From positions 86,616,001 to 86,680,000 of the forward strand of contig NW_024704742.1 of assembly GCF_018977255.1 (NCBI RefSeq): a DNA stretch of 64,000 nt, written 5' to 3'. Positions 12,471 to 23,545 of this stretch are shown piece by piece (the first letter of the stretch is position 1; each line of letters opens with the position of its first letter). Made by a program: the position numbers and the translations under genes. The stretch comes from Callorhinchus milii (taxonomy: Eukaryota). The notes below the pieces were generated by a model. The model did not search any database. It saw only the letters and a list, made by a program, of their open reading frames with translations, and was not told the origin of the DNA.

Positions 12471-15400
12471 TGTAAAGCAATATCCTGCAAACAAACACAA
12501 AATCCTTGTCTGGGGACTCAAACCCAAAACTGTATTCATGTGCAAAAATACTCAGTCACTATACATCACAGTGAATGCTGTGAAGTGCTTTGAGACATCC
12601 TTCTAAATTGAAAGGCACTTTACCAAATGTAAATATTCATATTTATATTCCAGGCTGCTTTTCAGTACACGCTGGGTGTCCGTGCTGGGAGAGGCAAACG
12701 AGAGGCCAACTGTAATGTCACCCCTGCTGCTCCACTCTTGTCTGCCTGACCCAGGTCCTCGGGCAATGCCCATTATTTTGCTCTCCCTTTATCTTTACCT
12801 GTCCACGCTCCTTTCTCTCTTGCCTTTAAACCAATCTTATGATCTATCTTTCCAACTGTGCTTTCGACCACCGTCTCCCCCCCCCCGCCCCACAACCTCC
12901 CCCTAAACCTCGGGCACCCAGTCAGCTATGTGAAGCACTTTTGAGACCTCCTCCCGAAATAGGAAACGCTATATAAATGTAAATTGTTCTTGCCGTGTTC
13001 TGCCTGCTTGCCTGCCGCTCTGTATATATTTGTCTCCCTCTTTGCTTTCTTTTCTCAATCTCTTTGTATTCATTCCCATCTCTCTCTCTCTTGCCCTCCC
13101 TGACCTCTGAACCAATCGATATACAAAGAAGGATTTAGAATCTGTTCCTGATTGAGGGGAGGATCCAGGATGGCCTGTCAAGGCTAGGGAACCAAAGTCA
13201 CTGTGTTTCTATTGGGTTTCATAAGGTCAGCCTCAGACATGTTTGTACCTTAGACAATAACCTTGTTATTTAGCTTTTCTCCCTTATCAAACGCAAGCCG
13301 ATGGGGGCTTGGGGATAGCAAGTGAAAGTTTGATCAAACGTAGCAGTTGTTTGGAGTTTCCTTACTCCTGCATTCTTTATATCTTAAATGTTCCCTTTCC
13401 CAGCACCGACATCCCTCGCCTTGATGATAACAAAATATCTCTCGAATATTTTCATACTTTTTTTTAAAAAAAAGCTAAAACTCAACATTGGTAACATTGC
13501 CTGATCGCCGCTGATGACATTTGCTTTGTGCATGTGCATCGAACAGGGAGTGTTGTCATGGCAACTTGACTGGGCGGCTGGATGGCGGCCATTTTTGTTT
13601 TGCGGGAAGTTAAAATGGTCACCTTCCAGGTCATCAGATCGCTGTTGGCATCACTTCCTTCGTTGGACATGTACAATAAACAGGACGTGACTTTGATGGA
13701 GACCTAATGATCCGGGGATCGATCACTTTAGAGCGAACGTTGGCCAGCGTGCAGGAAACGAGGGCGGCCAGTGGTTTGCTTGCTCAGTGAATGGAGCCCA
13801 CACTGCAACTGCATTGCAACCGAATCCACACTAAAGGTAGCTCATGATAAAGGACTAGTTTGTTTTGCTCCGTTGCTTTATAGTATTTATATTTCAATCA
13901 AATTGTAGTTCTGCCCTTAACCTCGTTGCACTTTCAATAACAGTCTTTTAATTCTGAATCTTAGATTCTGCCAGCACTGGGGAGTCTGTCCTGGGCGACT
14001 ACTCTGGCCATTGTATTGGCCGCCCACACAGCAACACTCTCACAGTTTCACCACAGAAGCATAGCAAATTCTGATCACGGAGAAACAAAAAAACACAGAC
14101 ACCCACTGATTCCAGCAGCCGTATTAAAAACTATTGTGCGGTGCCATGTTGAGGAAGGTCAAGAACTGATCTTTTTTCACAATTAAAAAAAATACTACTC
14201 AGTTCCCAGTTTATGCTGATCTGAAGCCATCATAGTAGCAGTAATGTGGGGAAAAGTCAACTGGGGAACTCACTCCTTGATCAACTAAATCTCTATCCAG
14301 AAACTCCTTACGAAACGTGTATGTGTGTGGACATCAGGGGAGGATGGATAACATGTCATTCCCTCCCCCCCACTCCCCATGGTCAACACTCACTGTGTAA
14401 GCTTACACATGAATAATAGACACTTGGGTAAGGTGCTGTTCCCCAAAAGAAGGGAAAAGCCTTCAGAAGAGGAGGAGGTGAGGGGAGAAATTCGGAGAAA
14501 ATACAGTCGAGCAAGGAGGAAAACATTATTGACAAAATGGAGTCTTAATTTGTGAGGTTCGCTAAAGCAGTGGTAAATGTTAACCAGAGGTTCCTCAGTG
14601 GGCCTCAGAGGTTGGAATGAGGGTCGGTGTTTTCTGAAAACTGCCAAAGTATTTGCTCTCTGAAGCTTTTTTTTTACTGGATTTGGTGACTCAGTGACTA
14701 ATAAATTGGGGTCTTTATTAGCTCTCTTCCATCCTTGTTGTGAATATCGAAAATTCGACACTAAGATGTCAAGGTTTTTCCAAATGCCCCAAAACAATCT
14801 TCTCCTCAGTGGTTTATTATTACACTATTCAACCTCATTTACATTTAGCAAATGTGTTCAGCACAGCTGCTGAATGCGGTGATGGTGAATGAAGGTTAAT
14901 CCTAATAATAATCCTTGCATTTGATATCACTCCTTATGTCTTCAAGACGTCTCAAAGCGCTTCACGGGATATAGTGTAAAGTGAAGAGAAAGGTTTTTCA
15001 GTCCCGCCTGAAAACCTGAAAACAAAAACAGTCTTTGGGAACACTCAGCAGTCAGGCAGCATCTATGGAGAAAGAAAATTGAGTCAACATTTCGGGTCCA
15101 CAACCCTTCATCAGAACTGTCCTATCAAGTTCTCTAACCATTACTCTGCTACTCCACATTAAGGGAGCAGGATAAAAAACAACAAAGTAAAATGCACCAT
15201 TTGATTCCATTGCACAGAGCGAATATCATGGCAATTAATAAACACCAACTTCCCTAATTCTGTTTCGCATAAAATTTGTCGTGGAACAATTTTCTTGTTT
15301 TTTTCAAAAAAAAATAATTTCCTGTTATTTTTCTTATTTTCTCCCCATTGGCACATGGCTATCCACCCCAGTCTCCTATTTCCCATCCCTAACCCTGGGA

Positions 15401-16662
15401 AGGCCAGGGCCAATTTAGCCTCCCACTCAGCCCAGAGCAGAGACCAGCACAGGTCAGGATTTGAACCAGTAGATTCCCAACCGAAAGCTGTACTTCTGTC
15501 CCCAACACCAGTGGTGGCCATTTGTTTTGTTCGACCAACAAATTACATTTTTTTGATTGAATATTTCTTGATTTATGCTATAATTCAATCAAGAAAAAAC
15601 TGAAAACACAAAACTGATCAAACACGGACTTTCCTAGACTCGTGAATATTCTTCACAACCCCGAGAGCCACAGGTTGGCCCCCACTGACTTACACCGTTA
15701 GGGTTGGACCGATTTTCAATATACAATCATGTATTTGATCACTTAGCTGAGCCTGGACACTTTCTTGCCAACATTCACACGTTTGCACAACCGGCAGGTA
15801 TATATGCACAGCTATCAGGTGGAACCGTAGCTGGTTTTGCCTTTATGTTCCTTACTCAGGAAGGACTGAGATAATCGTAGCTCCTTTACTTCTGTTTTGG
15901 TTAAGATTACCCAACTTGAGCGCAGGCCTGGGTTTAATGATCCTTGCATTTATATTCTTTGCATTTAGTATAGCGCCTTTCACCTCGGCACAACATCTCA
16001 AAGTGCTTCACAGGATATACCGTATTGTAGAGTGTAATGACTGTTTGTTTTCTAAGCAAATACAGCAACATCCCACAACCAGCCATGAAGTGAATGACCA
16101 AATATTGGTCAGGGAAATTGCTATGGGATCTTTAGCGTTCACCTGAACGGGCAAACAGACAGTGCCTCAGTTCAACGACTCATCTAAAGAATGACACCTC
16201 CGACAATGCAGCACACCCCAGCACTGCGCTGGAGTGTCAGCTTACACTATATGAGTTCAAAGTCCTGACTGTTTGTATGCCACAGTGCTGAACCAGTGGT
16301 AGTGGTGGGAGGGGTGTGGAAATACCTTTAACCAACAGGCAATTGAGAGCAACGCTGTCTTCTGTCCGTATGTACAGAGATTAAAAAAACCTCAGTGATC
16401 AAAGTAAGCGGGGCATTCAGGAATCTTATATAATATATAATAATAATCCTTGCATTTGATATAGCGCTTTTCACGTCTTTTATACATCTCAAAGCGCTTC
16501 ACAGAATATGCCGTAAAGTGAATTGACCGTATATTTGTGGGGTGTTTGCGCTGTTTCAATTGGTTTGGTTTGCTGTGGTTTGCTCATCATCCTCCATGCA
16601 CCTTTCACTTGCACACGGTGCTAACCTTAACCTTGTTTTTTTTTGTGTCTGACAATTCACAG

Positions 16663-16715
16663 CTACGTCAGCCAGGATGTTCCTGCAGTAGGCGGCCAGA
16701 ACGTCGGAGCCTGAC
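16663..16715 (+). other. APBA1: 5' UTR portion of the first coding exon of APBA1
   Basis: Branch-like ctaac, T-rich tract and AG at 16661-16662 precede the ATG at 16716. Splice acceptor inferred from motif only. Confidence 0.75.
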
Positions 16716-17891
16716 ATGAACAAGCCGGAGGACGTGACGGAGGCGGAGGTGGAGGATGAGCCTGGGAATGGGGAGATCAACGAGTTGGTGGAGGCTGACC
16801 TGGAGCACTCCGAGGTAGAGGAGGAGCAGCATGGTGCCTGCTGCGAGGGCCTTGCCAGTGGGAAGGAGGAGATAGCGTCGGTGGTGGCGGGGCGATCCCG
16901 GGGCGATGACGAGGGGACCCTGGCCAGGTCCGCCAGCACCGAGAGCGGCTTCCACAACCACACGGACAAGGCGGAGGGCGACGTGATGGCCAGCGTGGGG
17001 GACGCATACGACTCTGACGGCCGCCTCCAGGAGAACGAGGATGAAAATGCCTACGCTGTGCATTACCGCCCGGAGGCCGAGGAGTACACAGAGAACCCAG
17101 AGTCTGAACACGCCGAGGCGGCTGACAGTAGGACTCTGCCCAACACACTGCACTTCAACATCGTGGATCACGAGGGAGTCACCAACACCACTTACTCTGG
17201 GTACGTTTACAGTCACCGGCCGTATCACAGGGCGGAGGAGGCTCCGTACGCCGAGCCCTATGAGGACTATGCGGTCCAGGAGCATGTGTATGAAGAAATT
17301 GGGGACACGTGTGAGCTGGCCGGCGGAGAGACACTCAGGCAGTACCGGCAGGAGCGGGAGGAGGCAGAGAACTACCGTAAGGAGGCGCTGGGCGCTCGGC
17401 TGCATCATTACGATGAGCGTTCTGACGGGGAGTCCGACAGCCCCGAGAAGGAGGCCGAGTTCGCCCCCTACCCCAGGATGGACAGTTACGAGCAGGAGGA
17501 GGACATCGATCAGATTGTGGCCGAGGTGAAACAGAGCATGAGCTCGCAGAGCCTCGACAAGGCCTCCCAGGACATGCCCGAGGCCGAGCAGAACTCTGAG
17601 CACAGCCTGTCCAGTGGTGGAGGCGGCCATGACAGTGACGAGGGAAAGACGCTAGCGAACTCCAGGTCTGTGCCCTCCACAAGTCCAACAGAGCCCGTGA
17701 GGCACAGCAGAGAGCAGAGGGACGCTATCTCCCTGGCTATCAAGGACATCAAGGAGGCGATTGAAGAGGTAAAGACGAGGACCATCCGATCGCCTTACAC
17801 TCCCGATGAGCCGACAGAACCCATCTGGGTTATGCGACAGGATATCAGTCCTACAGGAGAGTGTGAGAACCCAATGCCAGGAGGAGGAGAT
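16716..17891 (+). CDS. APBA1: APBA1/Mint1/X11-alpha coding exon 1 (392 codons): acidic N-terminus, Munc18-interacting region, CASK-interaction motif
   Basis: ORF contains LARSASTESGFHNHTD, QEHVYEEIG, EQEEDIDQIVAEVKQSMSSQSLDK and the APBA1-specific EPIWVMRQ, matching recalled vertebrate APBA1. Donor GAT|gtaagt at 17892; 1176 nt, phase 0. Confidence 0.97.
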
Positions 17892-19827
17892 GTAAGTACC
17901 TCCCCACTAAAACTCTTGGAACACATTGAGATAGAACTGAAATGTTCGGTTAGCCATGAATTTTACTCTCCCTAACCCGTGTTCTCTCTGTCTCTGCTCG
18001 CCTCCTTCCCTCATACAGAGGGATTAGTTTAGAATCTGCTTTTTTTTCGTTAGTCGCTTTTCACAAAGAGAAGGATCAGATGGCATCTGAGAAAGTATTT
18101 AAGATAATAACTTGCATTTATATAATAATAATCCTTGCATTTTCACAGAGCGCCTTTCACATCAAAACGGGTTTCTCAAAACTATAACTGATTAAAAATG
18201 AAGTGAATATTAAACAGGCAAACGTGGCACCTGATGTGCGCCAGCAACTTGCCTGAAGGTTATTGATAAACTGAACCCTTATTTGTTTAACAAAGGCACA
18301 AACTCAATGGCAAAGGGACCCAAGCTGAAGCTCAGAGAGGAAAGTCAGTTTAAATTTACCCACTTACATAGAGAGTGTGAATATGTGGAATGGACTATCC
18401 AGGGCAGCAGTGGAAGCAAGTAAATTTAAAAGGGAATTGGGTAGCTATTTAATGAAGAAATTGACTGAGGATATAAGAGTTAAGAGCAGTATAGGATTTT
18501 ATTTCATTAGTATTACCTGGAAAGACTGCAATAGTCATTTCCCAGTGCTTCACTCATATTTTTTTAAATTTACAAACAGTTGTTCTTAATAATAATAATC
18601 CTTGCATTTGATATAGCGCCTTGTCATGTCAAGGCATCTCAAAGGGTGGCACAGGACATTCTGTAAAGTGGGTTGACTGTGTATTTTGTGGGTGACGTGC
18701 GGTAGCCAGTTTGCACACAGCAATGTCCCACAAACAGCCATGGAGTGAGTGACCAATTTTATTTGGTGGATTGTTGACCAGGACATCAAGAGAAACTGCC
18801 TGCTATATTCAAATAGTGCCATGGGATCTTTTAACGTCCACCTGAACAGGCAAACGGGACCTCGGTTTAACATCTTGATCAGTCAAATGTTTTTCTTGAT
18901 CACTCTCATGTCAGTTCCATGTCTAATTTCCGTTCTTCCATTTTTGTTTCCAGTTGAAAATTATTGGAAGATTTGCATTTAACGCATTTATCTGGGATGC
19001 CTCCTCTCACCTGTCATTTTCCCAGCACCAAGTGCCAGTGTGCGTCAAATAAATAATCCTTGCATTTGGTTGTTAAGTCTCGATATTGTATTGTTCGACC
19101 TAGATAACCTTGTAAACCTTTGCAAGACCCTTAATGATAAATAATAATCCTTGCATTTGATATAGCGCCTTATCACGTCATGGAGATGTCTCAAAGCACT
19201 TCACAGGGTACACTGTAAAGTGGTGTAACTGTGTGTATTTTGTGGGACTTATGCGTGTTTGTACTCAGTTTTGAAGCAGTAACATATGCCTCTTTTCTTG
19301 CTTTTTCTCTTGCAATGTTTTCTCTCCTGAAGACACAATCTTAATGGAGTATGGTACAAGAAGCGCTCCAGCTCTCTGCCCAGTCATTCTTTCTGTGTGA
19401 GGTTGGACGATGAGTGTCAGGTCAGCAGGCTATTCAGTTTTGGGGGGGCATCGCAGTTGAACCCGACCCTGTCCTCACCTTACACCTTCTGACATGCACT
19501 TTGCCTCAGGAGATCACTGGAGAGCCATTGGAAGCTGGAGCCCTGGGTAATTTAGCTCTCCCTTTTCTCCCTCCAGAATGAGGGCACCAAAGATAGTAGC
19601 ACCTCAATCTCTGCTGGACTGAGAGGTACCAACTCAGCACAGATTGTGCTTTGCTGTATATTTTACCCATATTTTTGTTCAAAGTTGTCAACCAATTCAC
19701 AACCTCAGAGCTGTATTACCTATAAATACTTGTTATATTACTTTTATTTATTTTTTAAACTATTTAATCGCTTTAAATTGATTTAATTATTTTGTAAATA
19801 ATAATTGTTATTATATAATATTACTTA

Positions 19828-19922
19828 TACAGGGTGACCAAAAAGTTATGATATCTACCCTATTATCTAAAAAAAACATTATTAGACATTATAACAGTAT
19901 CACAAAATTTGGTTACCCTATA
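19828..19922. mobile_element. Tc1/mariner-type MITE remnant
   Basis: TA-CAGGGTGACCAAAAAGTTATGATA ... TATCACAAAATTTGGTTACCCTA-TA: degenerate terminal inverted repeats with TA flanks. Confidence 0.6.
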
Positions 19923-20308
19923 TTAGTGTCCTGCGGCTTGGGATGTCCTCCCAATATAAGGAGCACTATATAAATGCAATTTTTTGTTGTTGTAGTGCAA
20001 GTTTCTGTCTATGGGAACCCAAGCTTCTGAATGAAGTGTTGCAGTCTGAATCAATCGAGTTCCTGTGGATTTTATCAATGGCAATGGAGATAGTTGTGAG
20101 GATAGGCTTGACGACTCAGGACTATTTTCACTGGAACAGAGAGGTGGGGGTCGTCAGAATACTTCAGCTACACGGAGCCAACAGATCTGATATAATTTAG
20201 GAGGAGTCCTAGAGTGTAGGCAATGACTGTGTTCTCACCTCTGGTTGCTTTGCCGTGGATGTCAGGGACGGATAACCTTGAGGAACTCTGTACAAGTTAT
20301 GAACTTTG

Positions 20309-20630
20309 TAATAATAATAATAATCCTTGCATTTGATATAGTGCTTTTCACGTCTTCTAGACGGCCCAAAGCGCTTCACAGAATATACTGTAAAGTGAAT
20401 TGACTGTATATTTGTGGGCAAACGCGGCAGCCAATTGCGCACAGCAGTGACCCACAAACAGTCATGGATTGAAAATGACCAATTTATTATTGTTTTGGTT
20501 TTTTGGAGGGATTATTATTAGGCTCTGTGTGGAGTAAGGAAACTTGCCCAAGGTTTCGCCCTGCCTGGAATTGAACTCGGGTCTCTCAGGTGCAAAGCGA
20601 GTGCTCTAACCACTGAGCTACAGGACTCCA
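20309..20630 (-). mobile_element. Full-length tRNA-derived SINE (short variant)
   Basis: A/B boxes, shared body and (TTA)n tail. Close match to 58033-58346. Confidence 0.88.
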
Positions 20631-21249
20631 CATACTGGTTTTACTCTGTACTCTGGTTTTAAGCAGAAACATTGTAGTACGAAAAGGCTTGAGAGTATAA
20701 AGAGTGAAAGATTATTCTCGCTTGTTGTTACTGTAAATTGGTCAGTACTGGTGTACATACACCCATGGCTGCTGCTATAATATTTGAGGGACTGAGTTAG
20801 AATCAATTTTTTTCACATGCTGAGAACATGGAATGCTTTGCCATAAGTAACTATTGAGGCTGAGACCGTAACATAATTTAAAAAGAAATTAGAAGAGTAA
20901 TTGAAGAGAAACAATGTAATGGTTATGGGAATGGAGCAGGGAATTGAGTTTGAAGTAGATGGCTTCAATGGGCGGAATGACCTCCCTTTGTCTTGTAATT
21001 TTTATTGTTCTATAACTTGTTCATAGATTGAACTGGAAATATTATGGTGGAAGGGGAGGAGAAGGATTCCACCTCGATCTAGGTTTAATTTTTTTTTACC
21101 ATTTCAAACATGCTGAAATTGTCAAATTCTTAATACTTTGAAGCCATTTTTCTGCAGTTCTTAAATGAAACTAAAGAGAACCAACTTCAAAATTGAGACT
21201 GGATTCAAGAATTTGCCAAATTCCAGATGCTCTGAAACACTTAAGAAAA

Positions 21250-21426
21250 TACAGTAAAACTTGCTTAAGTCTGATGTATATAACTTGTATAATCACCTAA
21301 GTTGTATATCTGCCCAAGTCCTGTCCAAGAGTTTATACTCTATGTAATTTTGACATAACTCATACTTTGCGTAGTCATATTAAATGTATGGTCCCAACTG
21401 ATGTAATTTGTGTGAGGTTTACTGTA
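21250..21426. mobile_element. Tigger/pogo-like non-autonomous element remnant
   Basis: TA-CAGTAAAACTTGC ... GTGAGGTTTACTG-TA termini and a subterminal GGTCCC. Confidence 0.55.
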
Positions 21427-22661
21427 GAGTAAATCTAGACCCTGGTGGAATTTCTAACCCCACGCATATTGAATAACCTTGGTGGTCAGACCTGATCAGC
21501 TGCTGGCCTGTTGTCGCTAGCCTTGAGGCATAGTTACAATCAGCTGCTGAATTGGAAACAAAGGAGAGTTTAGCCAGGCTTGGGTGCAACCCGATTTCAG
21601 ACGCACAACATTTTAGCACTGTGGCAGAGTTGTCACCAAGTCCCAGTTTCGTATCACACAGCCATACTCTCGTTCCTGATGTCAGTTCCAGTCCTTGTGA
21701 AGGGAGATGTGTAGCAGTGAGACACAGATTTGTTCACATTTGCCATTCCCTCTTTACAGTAAGCTGTGCTGGACGCAGGAGGCAGAGAGGAGGTCAGGTG
21801 CATCCCACAATAAGGGAGAAAGAATTCAAAGGAACTTTTTCGTCGCTCCCTTCTCCCCCCATTCCCCCCTGCTTTCCCTCTCCACAACTTGCAATTCTTG
21901 CCCCCCTCCTAATGGTCAGTAATGATAGAGCTTGGAAGCAGAGGGATCTGTCCACTTCCTGACCTAGGATAGGATGACCATATTTCTCTTGATTTCTAGA
22001 TGAGGTATTGTGTCACTGGCTAGATTTGCCCCATCTTAAGTTCAGCAACAAACTGAGCAAGAACAATAAAATTCTAGAACGGATACACTCCTCAGAGAAA
22101 TACAGCCATTAATCCAACAAGCATCCCCACTAACTGTCAGCATCAACAATTGTAGTGCGTTCAATTTTTTATATATGCGTCTCAGAATTTGGTCTAAAAA
22201 TAGGGTTACTCTAGGAGGTCCTGCAAATATTGGGTTTGTCTTGCTTTGCATCGTTTTGCCTGATGAAGGTGCTCGAGCAAGTGCATCAAATGGCCCGCAA
22301 AGCTTCAGTTCAGGGTGGAGCGGCCCAGCCTACAGCCAGTGTAACTCCCACACTGAGGTTGAGGCATCAATCTTCACTCTGTTGTTACAAGGGGCTGCTG
22401 ACACGCAGAGGATTAAGGGTTCAAGTGCAGGTGGGGTGTGCTTGTGGTGAAGCTTGCCTGGAGGTGGTGCTGTGGTGCAGGGGATCTCAGGAACGTCCTT
22501 CCAGGTGAGGCCCTGTATGTGGTAATCCAGTGACCAGGTGGTGCTCAGGTCTTGCACTGGAGCCTTTTGACCTGAAGATGGAGGGAAGCACTGCACATAT
22601 CCAGAGTGAATTATAGATGAAGAACGGATATGGTAGTGTACCCAGGACAACCGTAAGAGGC

Positions 22662-23545
22662 ATATAATAACAAGTATCCTTGCATTTAATATAGCACCTT
22701 ATCACATCATTGAGATGTCTTAAAGCGATTCACGGAATATATTGTAAAGTGACCCATCATGACCTGCTCTGCCTTTCCCCATCTCCACAAATTGCTCCGC
22801 CACTGTCTCTCACCTCAGGCTGCCGAGACCTTCATCCACACCTTCATCATATCCAGGCTTGACTGCGTAAACTCCCTGCTTGACGGTCTCCCCAACTCCT
22901 TCCTCCACAGGCTGCAGATTATTCAGAACTGCAGCCCATGCTCTCTTCCAACCAGGCTCTGCAACTCTATCACCTCCATCCTCCCCCGCCTCCACTGGCT
23001 CCCCATCACTCGGGTTACAGTTCAAGATCCTGGTCCTCACTTTCAAAGCCCTCCAAGGTCTTGTTCCTCCCTAATTCCTTCCTACCAACCAGTCCGCTCC
23101 CTCAACCGTGCCTTCAGTCACCCTCCTACAACTAACCCCCCTGCCCCTCCTGATCCCAACCACCAGCTCAGGTGCAGATCCCTGACTGTCCAGCATCTTG
23201 GAATGTCCTCCTGGCGTGAAAGGCGCTATACACGTAATTTGTTGTTGTTGTTCGTTGTTAAAGTGTATAAAGTGTATTTTGTTGGCAAAACGTACACAGC
23301 AGTGGCCCACAAACAAGTCTTGGATTGAGTAACCAAATTATTTATTAATTTATTTTTTGAAGGGGTGATTACCACCAGAAAGCGATCCGCCATTCGACTA
23401 ACAACCTTGGTTCTTACTTACTGCTAGCTAAACGGAATCATGTGGAGTAAGGAAACTTGCTTAAGATTTTGCTCTGCCTGGGAATTGAACCCGGGTCCTC
23501 TCGCTTGCGAAGCGAGTGTTCTAACTAATACACTGCAGGACTCCA
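22662..23545 (-). mobile_element. tRNA-derived SINE interrupted by an L2 fragment
   Basis: Tail at 22662-22751. Body and head resume at about 23259 and end at ggactcca. Confidence 0.8.
22752..23258 (+). mobile_element. 5'-truncated L2 LINE fragment (ORF2 C-terminus + 3' tail)
   Basis: Translation AAETFIHTFIISRLDCVNSLLDGLP...LQIIQN...LPRLHWLPI is typical of L2 ORF2; ends in (TTG)n. Confidence 0.88.

Noticed and set aside
15660..15687. hAT-like terminus (CAGTGGGGGCCAACCTGTGGCTC on the minus strand)
   Set aside because: No partner terminus or 8-bp target duplication found.
1..16600. APBA1 promoter or first exon
   Set aside because: No CpG island or clear promoter seen; the region reads as intron.
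16668..17630. 320-aa antisense ORF and other ORFs overlapping the large exon
   Set aside because: Shadow ORFs expected from the GC-rich codon usage of the APBA1 exon; no recognisable domain.
17892..17975. C-terminal extension of the 419-aa ORF (VSTSPLKLL...)
   Set aside because: Read-through past a consensus gtaagt donor; homology resumes at 30932.
22200..22650. GC-richer stretch with several overlapping short ORFs
   Set aside because: No recognisable protein motif or convincing splice structure; possibly a decayed repeat.
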